Assembly: GCA_040880725.1 (NCBI GenBank)
Contig: JBBDHV010000059.1
Span: 508 to 64,507, forward strand
Length of the DNA stretch: 64,000 bases
Reading direction: 5' to 3'
Source: Acidimicrobiia bacterium
GTDB lineage: Bacteria > Actinomycetota > Acidimicrobiia > Spongiisociales > ZC4RG35
In this document: positions 27,707 through 36,043 of the stretch, piece after piece
How the letters are laid out: every line of letters begins with the position of its first letter
How positions within the stretch are numbered: the first letter of the stretch is position 1
Position numbers and translations under genes: made by a program
The notes under the pieces: generated by a model
The model's input: the letters and a program-made list of their open reading frames with translations, nothing else
Told to the model about the DNA's origin: nothing
The model's database searches: none

Positions 27707-28530
27707 GCACCGTCAACCGGGAATTCACCGTGGGGGCGGGTCCCTCGCTCAACATCAGGATCCAAGCGGGCCGCGTCGACGTCGGCGAGGGACCTCCCGG
27801 CACGATCACCGTCGAGGTCCACACCCGCGACCCCGATTCCGTCGAGATCAGTCAGACGGGAGACACGATCCATGTGTCGGACAACCGGAGCGGATGGGTC
27901 GTGCGGGGAACTGTTCGGGTCACCGCCACGGTTCCCGCCGGCACCGATCTCGAGGTTGGTTCCGCCTCTGCAGACGTGCACACCGACGCGGAACTGGGAG
28001 CCTTCATCTGTCGCACCGCGTCGGGCGACGTGGCATTCCGTGTCACCGATTCCCTCGAGGTGAAAACGGCGTCCGGATCGATCCGGGGTGACCAAGTCGG
28101 CGGGGACGTCCGTGTCAACTCTGCGTCCGGAGACGTGTGGATTCAGCGGATCGGCGGGCGATTGACTGCTGCCTTGGCATCCGGCGATGTGCGGACCGAA
28201 GAAGTGGGTGGCGATCTGCGCGCCAACAGTGCGTCGGGAGACCTGCGGATCGACCGATTCCGTGGTGACGAGGTCACGCTCAAATCCGTTTCGGGCGATC
28301 TCGTGATCGGATTCCCCAAAGGCATCAGGCTCGAGGCCGAAGTCAACACCCTCTCGGGTCACGTCCACTTGCCGACGCCGGCTTCGCCAGAGCCGCCCGC
28401 TCCACCGACTCAGCGGTCCGGCCCGGACCCGATGGCGCCCCTCGACCCGATCGACTCGCCGAAGCGCCGGGTTCGGTTGAACGCCAAGACGGTGTCCGGC
28501 GACATCCGGATCTCGTCGTTCAGCGACTGA
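27703..28530 (+). CDS. DUF4097-like beta-strand repeat (putative adhesin fold) protein, no signal peptide or TM
   Basis: Nine copies of [ST/L]xSG[DSH][VIL]-type motifs (SASADV, TASGDV, TASGSI, SASGDV, LASGDV, SASGDL, SVSGDL, TLSGHV, TVSGDI) spaced about 17-20 aa apart over most of the protein, plus a Pro-rich insert. Confidence 0.8.
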   Translation: MSTVNREFTVGAGPSLNIRIQAGRVDVGEGPPGTITVEVHTRDPDSVEISQTGDTIHVSDNRSGWVVRGTVRVTATVPAGTDLEVGSASADVHTDAELGAFICRTASGDVAFRVTDSLEVKTASGSIRGDQVGGDVRVNSASGDVWIQRIGGRLTAALASGDVRTEEVGGDLRANSASGDLRIDRFRGDEVTLKSVSGDLVIGFPKGIRLEAEVNTLSGHVHLPTPASPEPPAPPTQRSGPDPMAPLDPIDSPKRRVRLNAKTVSGDIRISSFSD

Positions 28531-28936
28531 ACGACACGGCCGTACCCCACGCGGTCACCACGACCTTCGACTTGCGCCCGGAGACGGACAGGGTCAGGTT
28601 GGTCACGGCGTTCGCCCCCAGTTCGGCGGCGCGCTCGGTCACTGCCGCCACCGCCTTCACCGATGCCGCCTCTGCCGCCTCAGCAGGGTCGTCCTTGTCG
28701 CTCTTCGCATGACCGGTCACCAGGCCGTGGACCGTGTCCACGATCCATTTCGGCGGAAGGTCTCCGGATGTGACCAGGACCGGACGTTCCACGGAGATCT
28801 CGATGGGTTCGCCGTCGACGGCAACCTCGCTGCCTGCGGCATCGTCCGCGTCGTCGGGGACGGTTGGTTCCGGGGGAGCGCCCTCGGTGCCCCAATCGGG
28901 AAGGGTGAACTCGGGTACCAGTGGTTCGTCGGCCAT
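28520..28936 (-). CDS. YbjQ/UPF0145-like protein with acidic Pro-rich N-terminal extension
   Basis: C-terminal AAELGANAVTNLTLSVSG...VVVTAWGTAVSF resembles the YbjQ family. Convergently overlaps the DUF4097 gene by 11 nt. Confidence 0.6.
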   Translation of the reverse strand: MADEPLVPEFTLPDWGTEGAPPEPTVPDDADDAAGSEVAVDGEPIEISVERPVLVTSGDLPPKWIVDTVHGLVTGHAKSDKDDPAEAAEAASVKAVAAVTERAAELGANAVTNLTLSVSGRKSKVVVTAWGTAVSFSR

Positions 28937-28959
28937 GGCGTCGAGGATACGCTCGGAAT

Positions 28960-29625
28960 ATGCGCATCTCGATCGTGACGATCTTCCCCGACTATTTCGA
29001 AGGCCCGCTCGAGGTCGGAATGGTTGCCCGGGCGATCGAGCGCGACGCCCTCGCGGTGGATCCGATCGATCTGCGCCGGTGGGGGACCGGGGTGCATCGG
29101 GCGGTCGACGATGCCCCCTTCGGTGGGGGTCCCGGCATGGTGATGAGCCCAGGGCCCCTCGCCGAGGCCCTCGACACCGTCCCGGATTCCCATCGGGTGT
29201 ATCTCACTCCCGGTGGCACGCCACTCACCCAGCGCCTGTTGGACGAGTGGGCACAACTCGACCACCTCACGCTCGTGTGCGGTCGCTACGAGGGAATCGA
29301 TGAGCGCATCGTGGAACACATGATCGACCAGGAGGTTTCGCTGGGAGATTTCGTGCTCGCCGGGGGGGAGGCGGCCGCCCTGGCGGTGGTGGAAGGGGTG
29401 GCGCGGCTGCTCCCCGAGGTGCTGGGCAACCCGGAGTCGGTGGTGACCGAATCGTTCCGTGACGGTCAGCTCGAAGAGCCCGTGTACACGAGACCGGCGG
29501 AGTTCCGGGGATGGCCCGTCCCCGAAGTGCTGCTGTCGGGAGACCACGGTCGAATCGACGAGTGGCGCAGCCGGCAGCGAGCCGAACGGACGAAGAAACG
29601 ACGGCCGGATCTTCTGACCGATTGA
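28960..29625 (+). CDS. trmD: tRNA (guanine37-N1)-methyltransferase TrmD
   Basis: Starts MRISIVTIFPDYFEGPL. GRYEGIDERI and LSGDHGRIDEWR motifs. Confidence 0.93.
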   Translation: MRISIVTIFPDYFEGPLEVGMVARAIERDALAVDPIDLRRWGTGVHRAVDDAPFGGGPGMVMSPGPLAEALDTVPDSHRVYLTPGGTPLTQRLLDEWAQLDHLTLVCGRYEGIDERIVEHMIDQEVSLGDFVLAGGEAAALAVVEGVARLLPEVLGNPESVVTESFRDGQLEEPVYTRPAEFRGWPVPEVLLSGDHGRIDEWRSRQRAERTKKRRPDLLTD

Positions 29626-29764
29626 GCCCGCGGCACGATTTCTGCCGGGCGGGGGCGATGGTATGCTTCCACCTCTGCCCGGGTGAGTTCGCGCCCGTTC
29701 CGAACGGGTTTGGAACGGTCTCCAACCGTCTTGCGCCCGGCACCTGTGTTCCAAGGAGTCCGCC

Positions 29765-30109
29765 ATGAACAATCTCGACACGCTCGAAGGCGCGTACCTG
29801 CGCGACGACGTGCCCGACTTCCGAGCCGGGGACACCGTGAAGGTGCATGTCCGTGTCGTCGAGGGGGGCCGGGAGCGGGTCCAGGTGTTCGAGGGAGTCG
29901 TCATCGCCCGCAACGGCACCGGCATCAAGGCTTCTGCCACCGTTCGCAAGATCTCTTTCGGCGTTGGCGTGGAGCGTGTCTTCCCGGTCCACGCCCCGAT
30001 CATCCAGAAGATCGAAGTCACCCGCAAAGGTGACGTCCGCAGGTCGAAGCTCTACTACCTGCGGGAGCGGTCCGGGAAGTCGGCCCGCATCAAGGAAAAG
30101 CGCGACTGA
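29765..30109 (+). CDS. rplS: 50S ribosomal protein L19
   Basis: 114 aa. [37 protein letters not shown] Shine-Dalgarno upstream. Confidence 0.95.
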   Translation: MNNLDTLEGAYLRDDVPDFRAGDTVKVHVRVVEGGRERVQVFEGVVIARNGTGIKASATVRKISFGVGVERVFPVHAPIIQKIEVTRKGDVRRSKLYYLRERSGKSARIKEKRD

Positions 30110-30116
30110 GTTTCCG

Positions 30117-30749
30117 GTGAGTACGCCGGTCGACGAAACCGAGCAAACTCCTGCGGAGGAACCAAGGCGCTCGTTCGTCTCGGAGCTCCCGTTCTTGCTG
30201 CTGGCCGCCTTGATCGTCGCCGTTCTGATCAAGACGTTCGTCGTGCAGCCCTTCTACATCCCGTCGGGTTCGATGATCCCGACGCTGCTCGTCGACGACC
30301 GCGTGATGGTCTCCAAGGTCAGCTACCTGTTGGGAGAACCGGAGCGGGGCGACGTCATCGTGTTCGAGAACCCCTACGCGCCGGAGATCGAAGAGTCGTT
30401 CCCGGAAGCAGTGGTCCGATCCACACTCGAGGCGCTCGGCATCCGCACCTCCGTGAACGATGACCTGATCAAGCGCGTCGTGGGCCTGGGCAGCGAGACG
30501 ATCGAGATCCGGAACAATCAGCTGTTCATCGACGGTGTCGTGCTCGACGAGGCATACTTGCAGACGGGCGTGGCGATGGCTGACTTCGGTCCCCGCGCGA
30601 TCGCCGAGGACGAACTGTTCATGATGGGAGACAACCGCAACGAGTCTTCCGACGGGCGGGTGTTCGGTCCCATCCCCAGCGATGACGTGATCGGCAAAGC
30701 GGTCTTCCGGATCTGGCCGGTCGACCGCCTCGGCGCTGTCGACGGCTGA
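30117..30749 (+). CDS. lepB: Signal peptidase I
   Basis: TM anchor, catalytic SGSMIPTL and KRVVGL, GDNRNESSDGR box. GTG start at 30117 just after rplS. Confidence 0.9.
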   Translation: MSTPVDETEQTPAEEPRRSFVSELPFLLLAALIVAVLIKTFVVQPFYIPSGSMIPTLLVDDRVMVSKVSYLLGEPERGDVIVFENPYAPEIEESFPEAVVRSTLEALGIRTSVNDDLIKRVVGLGSETIEIRNNQLFIDGVVLDEAYLQTGVAMADFGPRAIAEDELFMMGDNRNESSDGRVFGPIPSDDVIGKAVFRIWPVDRLGAVDG

Positions 30750-30773
30750 ACAGCCGCCGACAGCCCAAAGACG

Positions 30774-32267
30774 TCAGCTGCGGGGCTTCGCCTCCCGGAC
30801 GGTCAGTACCCGCCCGGCGACCTCGGCACCGTTCATTTCTTCGATCGCCCGATCGGCGTCACGGGGTATCGCCACGAACCCGAAGCCGCGGGATCGGGTG
30901 GTCTTCGGGTGCGTCACGATGGCCGCTTGGGACACCGGACCATACGGAGCGAAGAGCTCGGCGAGTTCCGTCGACGTCATCGAGTACGGCAGGTTGGCGA
31001 CATAGATGTTGCCTTCGACATCATCGGACCCTCGGGGGCGCCCCTCGGAACGATCTGCGGTCTCGTGTCTCGGAGCGGGATTGGAGTTCTCGTGCCGTTC
31101 ACGACGGGGGCTCTCCGCCTGGGGGCGGGCGGGAGTGGTCTCCCGGCGGACGATCGACGATGCGTCGGGTGCGCCGAGCTCGGTCGGCAGATCGAGATCG
31201 CGGATCATCCGATTGGCGTCCCGTGTCTGGGACCGGTCGATGAACGAATAGACCGCGCCGGTCGCGCCCGCCCGTGCCGTACGGCCCGAACGGTGCACAT
31301 ATGCCTTGGCATCCTCCGGCGGATCGAAGTGGATCACGCTTGCCACGTCATCGACGTGAATTCCGCGGGCCGCCACATCGGTCGCGATCAGCGCCTTGGC
31401 GCGGCCGCGGGTGAAGGCAGCAAGCGCTTTCGTGCGCTGCGGCTGGGACTTCCCGCCGTGGAGCGCCACGCTCTCGATGCCCTCACGGGCGAGCTGCTTC
31501 ACGAGACGATCGGCGCCATGCCGGGTGCGAGTGAAGACGATGGTCGAAGCCGACCGGTCCACGATCGAAGCCGCCTGCCGAAGCCGATCGTCGCGCTCGA
31601 CGCGCCAGAAGTGGTGGGCGACATCGGACTGCAGCGTGTCGACCGGTGCCGCCTCATGGCGACGTGCGTCACGCTGGTAGCGGTCGGTGATGATCTTGAC
31701 GTCTCCGTCGAGGGTGGCTGAGAAGAGCAGCGTCTGACGATCGCGGGGGGCGAGGTCGAGGATCCTGCGGACGGCGGGGAGAAACCCCATGTCTGCCATC
31801 CTGTCCGCCTCGTCGATCGCGACCACGTCGAGGTCGTCCAGCTTGATGTCGCCGGTGCCGATGAGGTCTTCGAGACGACCGGGGCAGGCGATCACCATGT
31901 CGGCTCCCCGCCGGAGCGCGGATCGCTGGGGGCCGTAGCCGACCCCGCCGTAGATGACGGCGATCGAGCGCCCCATCGCCTTGGCGAACGGGGCGAGCTC
32001 GGATCGGATCTGGTCGGCGAGTTCCCGGGTGGGGACGAGCACCAGTGCCCGAGGGCGACTGGCACGTGCTCGCTCGAGGCCGACCAGCATGGGGAGGCCG
32101 AAGGCGAAGGTCTTGCCCGAACCTGTCGGGGCGCGGCCGCACACATCGCGGCCTGCGAGTGCGTCGGGAATTGCCGCTGATTGGATGGGGAACGGGGTGG
32201 TGATCCCATCCCGTTCGAGAATGCTCGTGATCGCGGCCGGAAGGCCGAGGTCGGCGAAGGTGGTCAT
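30774..32267 (-). CDS. DEAD-box ATP-dependent RNA helicase fused to a C-terminal canonical RRM domain
   Basis: Q motif/TPFPIQ, APTGSGKT, VAIDEADRM, SAT, HRSGRTARAG. After a basic disordered linker comes an RRM with RNP-2 IYVANL and RNP-1 RGFGFVAI. Start at MTTFADLGL (ATG 32267). Confidence 0.9.
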   Translation of the reverse strand: MTTFADLGLPAAITSILERDGITTPFPIQSAAIPDALAGRDVCGRAPTGSGKTFAFGLPMLVGLERARASRPRALVLVPTRELADQIRSELAPFAKAMGRSIAVIYGGVGYGPQRSALRRGADMVIACPGRLEDLIGTGDIKLDDLDVVAIDEADRMADMGFLPAVRRILDLAPRDRQTLLFSATLDGDVKIITDRYQRDARRHEAAPVDTLQSDVAHHFWRVERDDRLRQAASIVDRSASTIVFTRTRHGADRLVKQLAREGIESVALHGGKSQPQRTKALAAFTRGRAKALIATDVAARGIHVDDVASVIHFDPPEDAKAYVHRSGRTARAGATGAVYSFIDRSQTRDANRMIRDLDLPTELGAPDASSIVRRETTPARPQAESPRRERHENSNPAPRHETADRSEGRPRGSDDVEGNIYVANLPYSMTSTELAELFAPYGPVSQAAIVTHPKTTRSRGFGFVAIPRDADRAIEEMNGAEVAGRVLTVREAKPRS

Positions 32268-32494
32268 GGGTTGTCTCCTGGCCCGCGCGGGCGGGCATCG
32301 TTGGCTGGATGTGCGATCTCGCTCGAAGCAATGGATCCGAGATCGGCGGAAAGAGGCGGTCCAGCCGGATGAGACGAAAGCCGTGTTCATCGAGGGAATG
32401 CCTGGCGAGGCGATGCCTCCCACTCGATGGGCTGACGCCATCATACCACCGCTGTGACGCTCTCCTGTCACACCGCTCGTGTACCTGTTCCTCC

Positions 32495-32827
32495 ATGTCG
32501 GATCACCGAAGGGAACTGGGGAACCGGGGCGAAACCCTGGCCGCCACGATCCTGGCGAGCCGCGGCCTCGAGATCCTGGACCGCAACGTCGTCGTGGGTG
32601 GGGGCGAGGTGGACCTCGTCGTCAGGAGCGGGCGTCAGCGGGTCGTCGTCGAGGTCCGGTCGGTGCGGGGGAGGCTCCGGATCGACGAACGTCTCCCCGC
32701 AGCCAAGCTCCGGCAGGTCAGCAGCCTGGCAGCCTTCCTCGGGATCCACCGAGTGGATTTCGTCGGTGTGGCATTCGGCCCCCGCGGCATCGACGTGCAT
32801 TGGCTACGTGACGTCGCGACCGGCTGA
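32495..32827 (+). CDS. YraN-family (UPF0102) endonuclease-like protein
   Basis: 110 aa. LGNRGETLAATILASRGLEILDRN...GEVDLVV...VVVEVRS pattern. Conserved position upstream of comM-dprA. Confidence 0.85.
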   Translation: MSDHRRELGNRGETLAATILASRGLEILDRNVVVGGGEVDLVVRSGRQRVVVEVRSVRGRLRIDERLPAAKLRQVSSLAAFLGIHRVDFVGVAFGPRGIDVHWLRDVATG

Positions 32828-33025
32828 ACGTCCGTGTCTGCGTCGCATCTCCCGGTGCCAGCACCCCCGGTGCCAATGACGGCGCAGGTCAGGGGTCAGC
32901 TCGGGCACCACGACAAGGTGATAGGTGCCCGGTGGGATCGAGAGGTCACAGCCGGGGCAGACATAGCCCTTGCGGGCGGCATACGGCTGGACGGGCACGA
33001 CGACGACCTCGTCGTCCACGGTCAT
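32804..33025 (-). CDS. Small conserved-hypothetical zinc-ribbon-like protein (CPGC ... HWHRGCWH)
   Basis: 73 aa. YVCPGCDLSIPPGTYHLVVVPE...RRHWHRGCWHRE. From memory this resembles a small actinobacterial family sometimes labelled ATP/GTP-binding protein. Function unknown. Confidence 0.6.
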   Translation of the reverse strand: MTVDDEVVVVPVQPYAARKGYVCPGCDLSIPPGTYHLVVVPELTPDLRRHWHRGCWHREMRRRHGRSAGRDVT

Positions 33026-33193
33026 CCACCCGTGACGGCCCACACCACCGCGCCGAGTGTGAGGACGAGTGCGCCCACCATCAGCGCGACGTCGAGCGCG
33101 GTCTGTGTGTGCTCGCGAAACGGGTTGAGTCCCACGCTCCCCACGGTACCGGCCGGACGACACCCACCCTCGCGCTCGGTAGCCTGCGCCCCG

Positions 33194-33967
33194 ATGTCCT
33201 GGCTCGATGTTTCCGATCGCGACGCTGTTCGCACCCTCACCATTTCCCGGCCCGAACGTCTGAATGCCATCCCGACGGACGGGTGGACGACGCTGACGGA
33301 TGCCTTCGAGGCGTTCGAGGCGTCTGATGCCCGGGTGCTGGTGCTGCGGGGCGAGGGGGGAGACTTCTGCGCGGGAGCCGACGTCGGGGACCAGGTCGAG
33401 CCGGGCGGCGTCGCCGATGCCAAGCGCAGAATGAAGGTCACGAGCGGCGCTGCCATGGCACTGCACCGGATCACCAAGCCGACCATCGCGGTGGTGGACG
33501 GGGTGGCAGCGGGCGCCGGACTCAACATGGCTCTCGGCTGCGATGTCGTCCTCGCCTCCGCCCGGGCCCGGTTCTCCGAGATCTTCGTCCGCCGTGGCCT
33601 GACCCTCGACTTCGGTGGCTCATGGCTGCTCCCCAGGGTCGTCGGCCTGCAGCGAGCCAAGGATCTGGCGCTGTCCGGTCGGGTGGTCGATGCCGACGAG
33701 GCCCTGCGTCTGGGTCTGTGCCTCGATGTCGTCGATCCCGCCGACATCGAGGCGCGAGTCACCGAACAGATCCACCGCTTTCTCGCCGGCGCACCGGTCG
33801 CCCAGATGTTCGCCAAACAGGGCATCCATCACGCCTGGGACGTGTCCTTTGCCGATGCGCTGGATTGGGAAGGACAAAGCCAGGCCATCTGCTTCGGCAC
33901 GTCGGACTTCGTCGAAGGCGTGGTGTCCTTCCGCCAGAAGCGTCCCCCCGAGTTCCAGGGCCGCTGA
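33194..33967 (+). CDS. Enoyl-CoA hydratase/isomerase family protein
   Basis: Starts MSWLDVSDRDAVRTLTISRPERLNA. FCAGADV oxyanion-hole segment and crotonase-fold pattern. Confidence 0.85.
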   Translation: MSWLDVSDRDAVRTLTISRPERLNAIPTDGWTTLTDAFEAFEASDARVLVLRGEGGDFCAGADVGDQVEPGGVADAKRRMKVTSGAAMALHRITKPTIAVVDGVAAGAGLNMALGCDVVLASARARFSEIFVRRGLTLDFGGSWLLPRVVGLQRAKDLALSGRVVDADEALRLGLCLDVVDPADIEARVTEQIHRFLAGAPVAQMFAKQGIHHAWDVSFADALDWEGQSQAICFGTSDFVEGVVSFRQKRPPEFQGR

Positions 33968-33971
33968 CCGG

Positions 33972-34529
33972 TCAAGGCCGTGACGGCATCCGGGTCGGGG
34001 CGTCAGGACGGATCAAGGTCTCGATCTCCGCGGCGGCGTCGGGGTAGTCCGAAGCCAGCGCGGCCCTGCCGCCTTCGTAGTCCCCGGACGTGAAACCGGG
34101 CGCCATCGTGCATCCGAACAGGCCGTAGCCCCCGCAGGGTGCAAGGCGCGCTCCCATCCACGTGCCGGGAGTCACCACGACTTGGACGTGCTGACCGGCC
34201 AAGACATCTGGTCCGAGAACCGGGCGTTCCACGGTTCCGTCGGGGCGGAGCAGGAGCATCTGGATCGGGTCGCCGAGATAGAAGTGCCAGACCTCGGTGG
34301 TGGGAAGCCGGTGCACCGCCGAGAACGAATCGGGCTCGTCGGTGAGCAGGGCGATGGCCGCGGTACCGGCGCGTTTGTCTCCGGCATCGACGTCATCGGT
34401 GCCGACCACCTCGTCCGAACGCCACGTTTGCACCAGCAGCCCGCCCTCCACGGGAAGCGGTTCGAGCCCGAAAATGTCGATGAGTTCGGCGCTCGTCGGA
34501 CGCCGCTGTGGTGGATGACCGGATGCCAT
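33972..34529 (-). CDS. Cupin-superfamily protein, DUF985-like
   Basis: LPVEGGLLVQTWRS, SAVHRLPTTEVWHFYLGDP and GCTMAPGFTSGDYE fit the DUF985 pattern. Start placed at MASGHPP (ATG 34529). Confidence 0.82.
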   Translation of the reverse strand: MASGHPPQRRPTSAELIDIFGLEPLPVEGGLLVQTWRSDEVVGTDDVDAGDKRAGTAAIALLTDEPDSFSAVHRLPTTEVWHFYLGDPIQMLLLRPDGTVERPVLGPDVLAGQHVQVVVTPGTWMGARLAPCGGYGLFGCTMAPGFTSGDYEGGRAALASDYPDAAAEIETLIRPDAPTRMPSRP

Positions 34530-34615
34530 GGCGGGAAGCGTAATTGGGACTGGGTCGAGCCCTGAGTGCCGATCGGGCCCGAGTTCTGTCACCCCCCGTT
34601 CGTACGTTCCAGGCC

Positions 34616-36043
34616 ATGTTCTCCACTACTGCTTCCGCCGCCCAGATCGGAGTCGACGCCCGTGCGGTCCACGTCGAGACCCATGTCGCTTCCGGCCCGA
34701 AACGTTTTGGCATCGTGGGTTTGCCCGACGCCGCCGTTCGCGAGGCCATCCACCGGGTGGTCTCGGCGTTCGCCACTTCCGGCTACGCCTTCCCCAACGG
34801 GCGGAGTGTCACCGTCAACCTGGCGCCTGCCGCCCTCCCGAAGTCGGGCCCGGCATTCGACCTCCCCATCGCATTGGGAATCCTCGCCGCCGAGCGACTC
34901 GTGCCACCCGGGGTGACCCAGGTTGTCTCGGTCGGCGAGCTCGCGCTGGATGGCAAGGTGCGGCCGGGTCGCAACATCCTCGCCGCCGCCCGGGTCGCCC
35001 GACGCCTCGGCCGGCCGCTGCTCGTGCCATTCGGCGGGGAGGAGGAGGCCGGCCTGGTGGAGGGCGTCGAGGTTCGGCCGGTGCACTCGTTGTGCGACGC
35101 CGTCGAGGCGGCACTGGACGTCGGTCGTACAGTGTCCGTTCCTCCACCTGTCGACGGTCCGCCCAGCGATGCGGATCTGGGAGAGGTGAAGGGACAGCCG
35201 ATCGCCCGACGTGCCCTGGAGATTGCCGCCGCGGGTGGTCATCACATCCTCTTCATCGGTCCCCCGGGAGCCGGGAAGTCGATGCTGGCGAAACGTCTTC
35301 CCTCGCTGCTCCCCCCGATGACATCCGAGGAGCGCCTCGAGTCCGCATCCGTATGGGCGGCATCATCCCGCCCGCCCCGCTCGCCTGGCCGCCCGTTTCG
35401 ATCGCCGCATCACTCGGCGTCGGTGGCGGCTCTGCTGGGAGGAGGTTCGGGGCTTCCAGAGCCCGGGGAAGTGAGTCTCGCCAGTTGTGGAGTGTTGTTC
35501 CTGGACGAATTGGGGGAGTTCCCGGCGCATGTGCTCGACGGCCTCCGGCAACCGTTGGAGGACGGCTTCATCACGATCGCCCGCCGCGGGGCGACGGTGC
35601 GGTACCCCTCGACGGGCCAGGTGGTGGCGGCGACCAATCCTTGCCCGTGCGGGTATCGCGGCGATCGGATCAAGCCCTGCGTCTGCGCCGACACCGAAGT
35701 CCGGAAATATCGGAGGAAGCTCTCCGGTCCGCTGCTCGACCGATTCGATGTGTCGGTGGCCGTCGGTCGCCCCGAGTCGTTCCAAGGCGGGCCGGAGGAG
35801 ACGTCGGCCGAGGTGCGAGAGCGAGTCATCGCAGCCCGGCGGTTCGCCGAGATGCGCGGACTCCAGGACGCCTGGTCCGAGGAGGCCTCGTCGGTGTTGG
35901 CAAAGGCCCTTGCAGACGGGGTTCTCACAGGACGCGGGCACGACAAGGTACGGAGAGTTGCTCGCACGATCGCCGATCTGGACGCATCCGAGGTCGTCTC
36001 CCTGGAGCACGTGTTCGAAGCAATGACGCTGAGGGCAGCATGA
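34616..36043 (+). CDS. comM: YifB/ComM-family Mg-chelatase-like AAA+ ATPase
   Basis: Lon-protease-like N-domain, Walker A GPPGAGKSM, Walker B VLFLDELGEF, C-terminal ChlI-like helix bundle. Confidence 0.92.
   Translation: MFSTTASAAQIGVDARAVHVETHVASGPKRFGIVGLPDAAVREAIHRVVSAFATSGYAFPNGRSVTVNLAPAALPKSGPAFDLPIALGILAAERLVPPGVTQVVSVGELALDGKVRPGRNILAAARVARRLGRPLLVPFGGEEEAGLVEGVEVRPVHSLCDAVEAALDVGRTVSVPPPVDGPPSDADLGEVKGQPIARRALEIAAAGGHHILFIGPPGAGKSMLAKRLPSLLPPMTSEERLESASVWAASSRPPRSPGRPFRSPHHSASVAALLGGGSGLPEPGEVSLASCGVLFLDELGEFPAHVLDGLRQPLEDGFITIARRGATVRYPSTGQVVAATNPCPCGYRGDRIKPCVCADTEVRKYRRKLSGPLLDRFDVSVAVGRPESFQGGPEETSAEVRERVIAARRFAEMRGLQDAWSEEASSVLAKALADGVLTGRGHDKVRRVARTIADLDASEVVSLEHVFEAMTLRAA

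Noticed and set aside
29626-29764. Possible ribosomal-protein L19 leader structure between trmD and rplS (CCGTTCC ... GGAACGG hairpin)
   Set aside because: A 7-bp stem can be drawn, but I cannot relate it to any known leader motif by eye, and it is no stronger than many chance hairpins in GC-rich DNA. It would need a covariance-model scan.
32268-32494. 227-nt divergent spacer upstream of the DEAD-box helicase, examined for a riboswitch or sRNA
   Set aside because: I found only short hairpins (for example GTGAC-N8-GTCAC at 32455-32472) and no recognisable riboswitch core. It is noted as a probable long 5' UTR only.
34528-36039. N-terminal 500 codons of the 775-aa ORF 34528..36855
   Set aside because: This part is out of frame over the comM/yifB gene and has an Arg/Gly/Pro-rich translation. 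Only the part from ATG 36040 shows DprA motifs.
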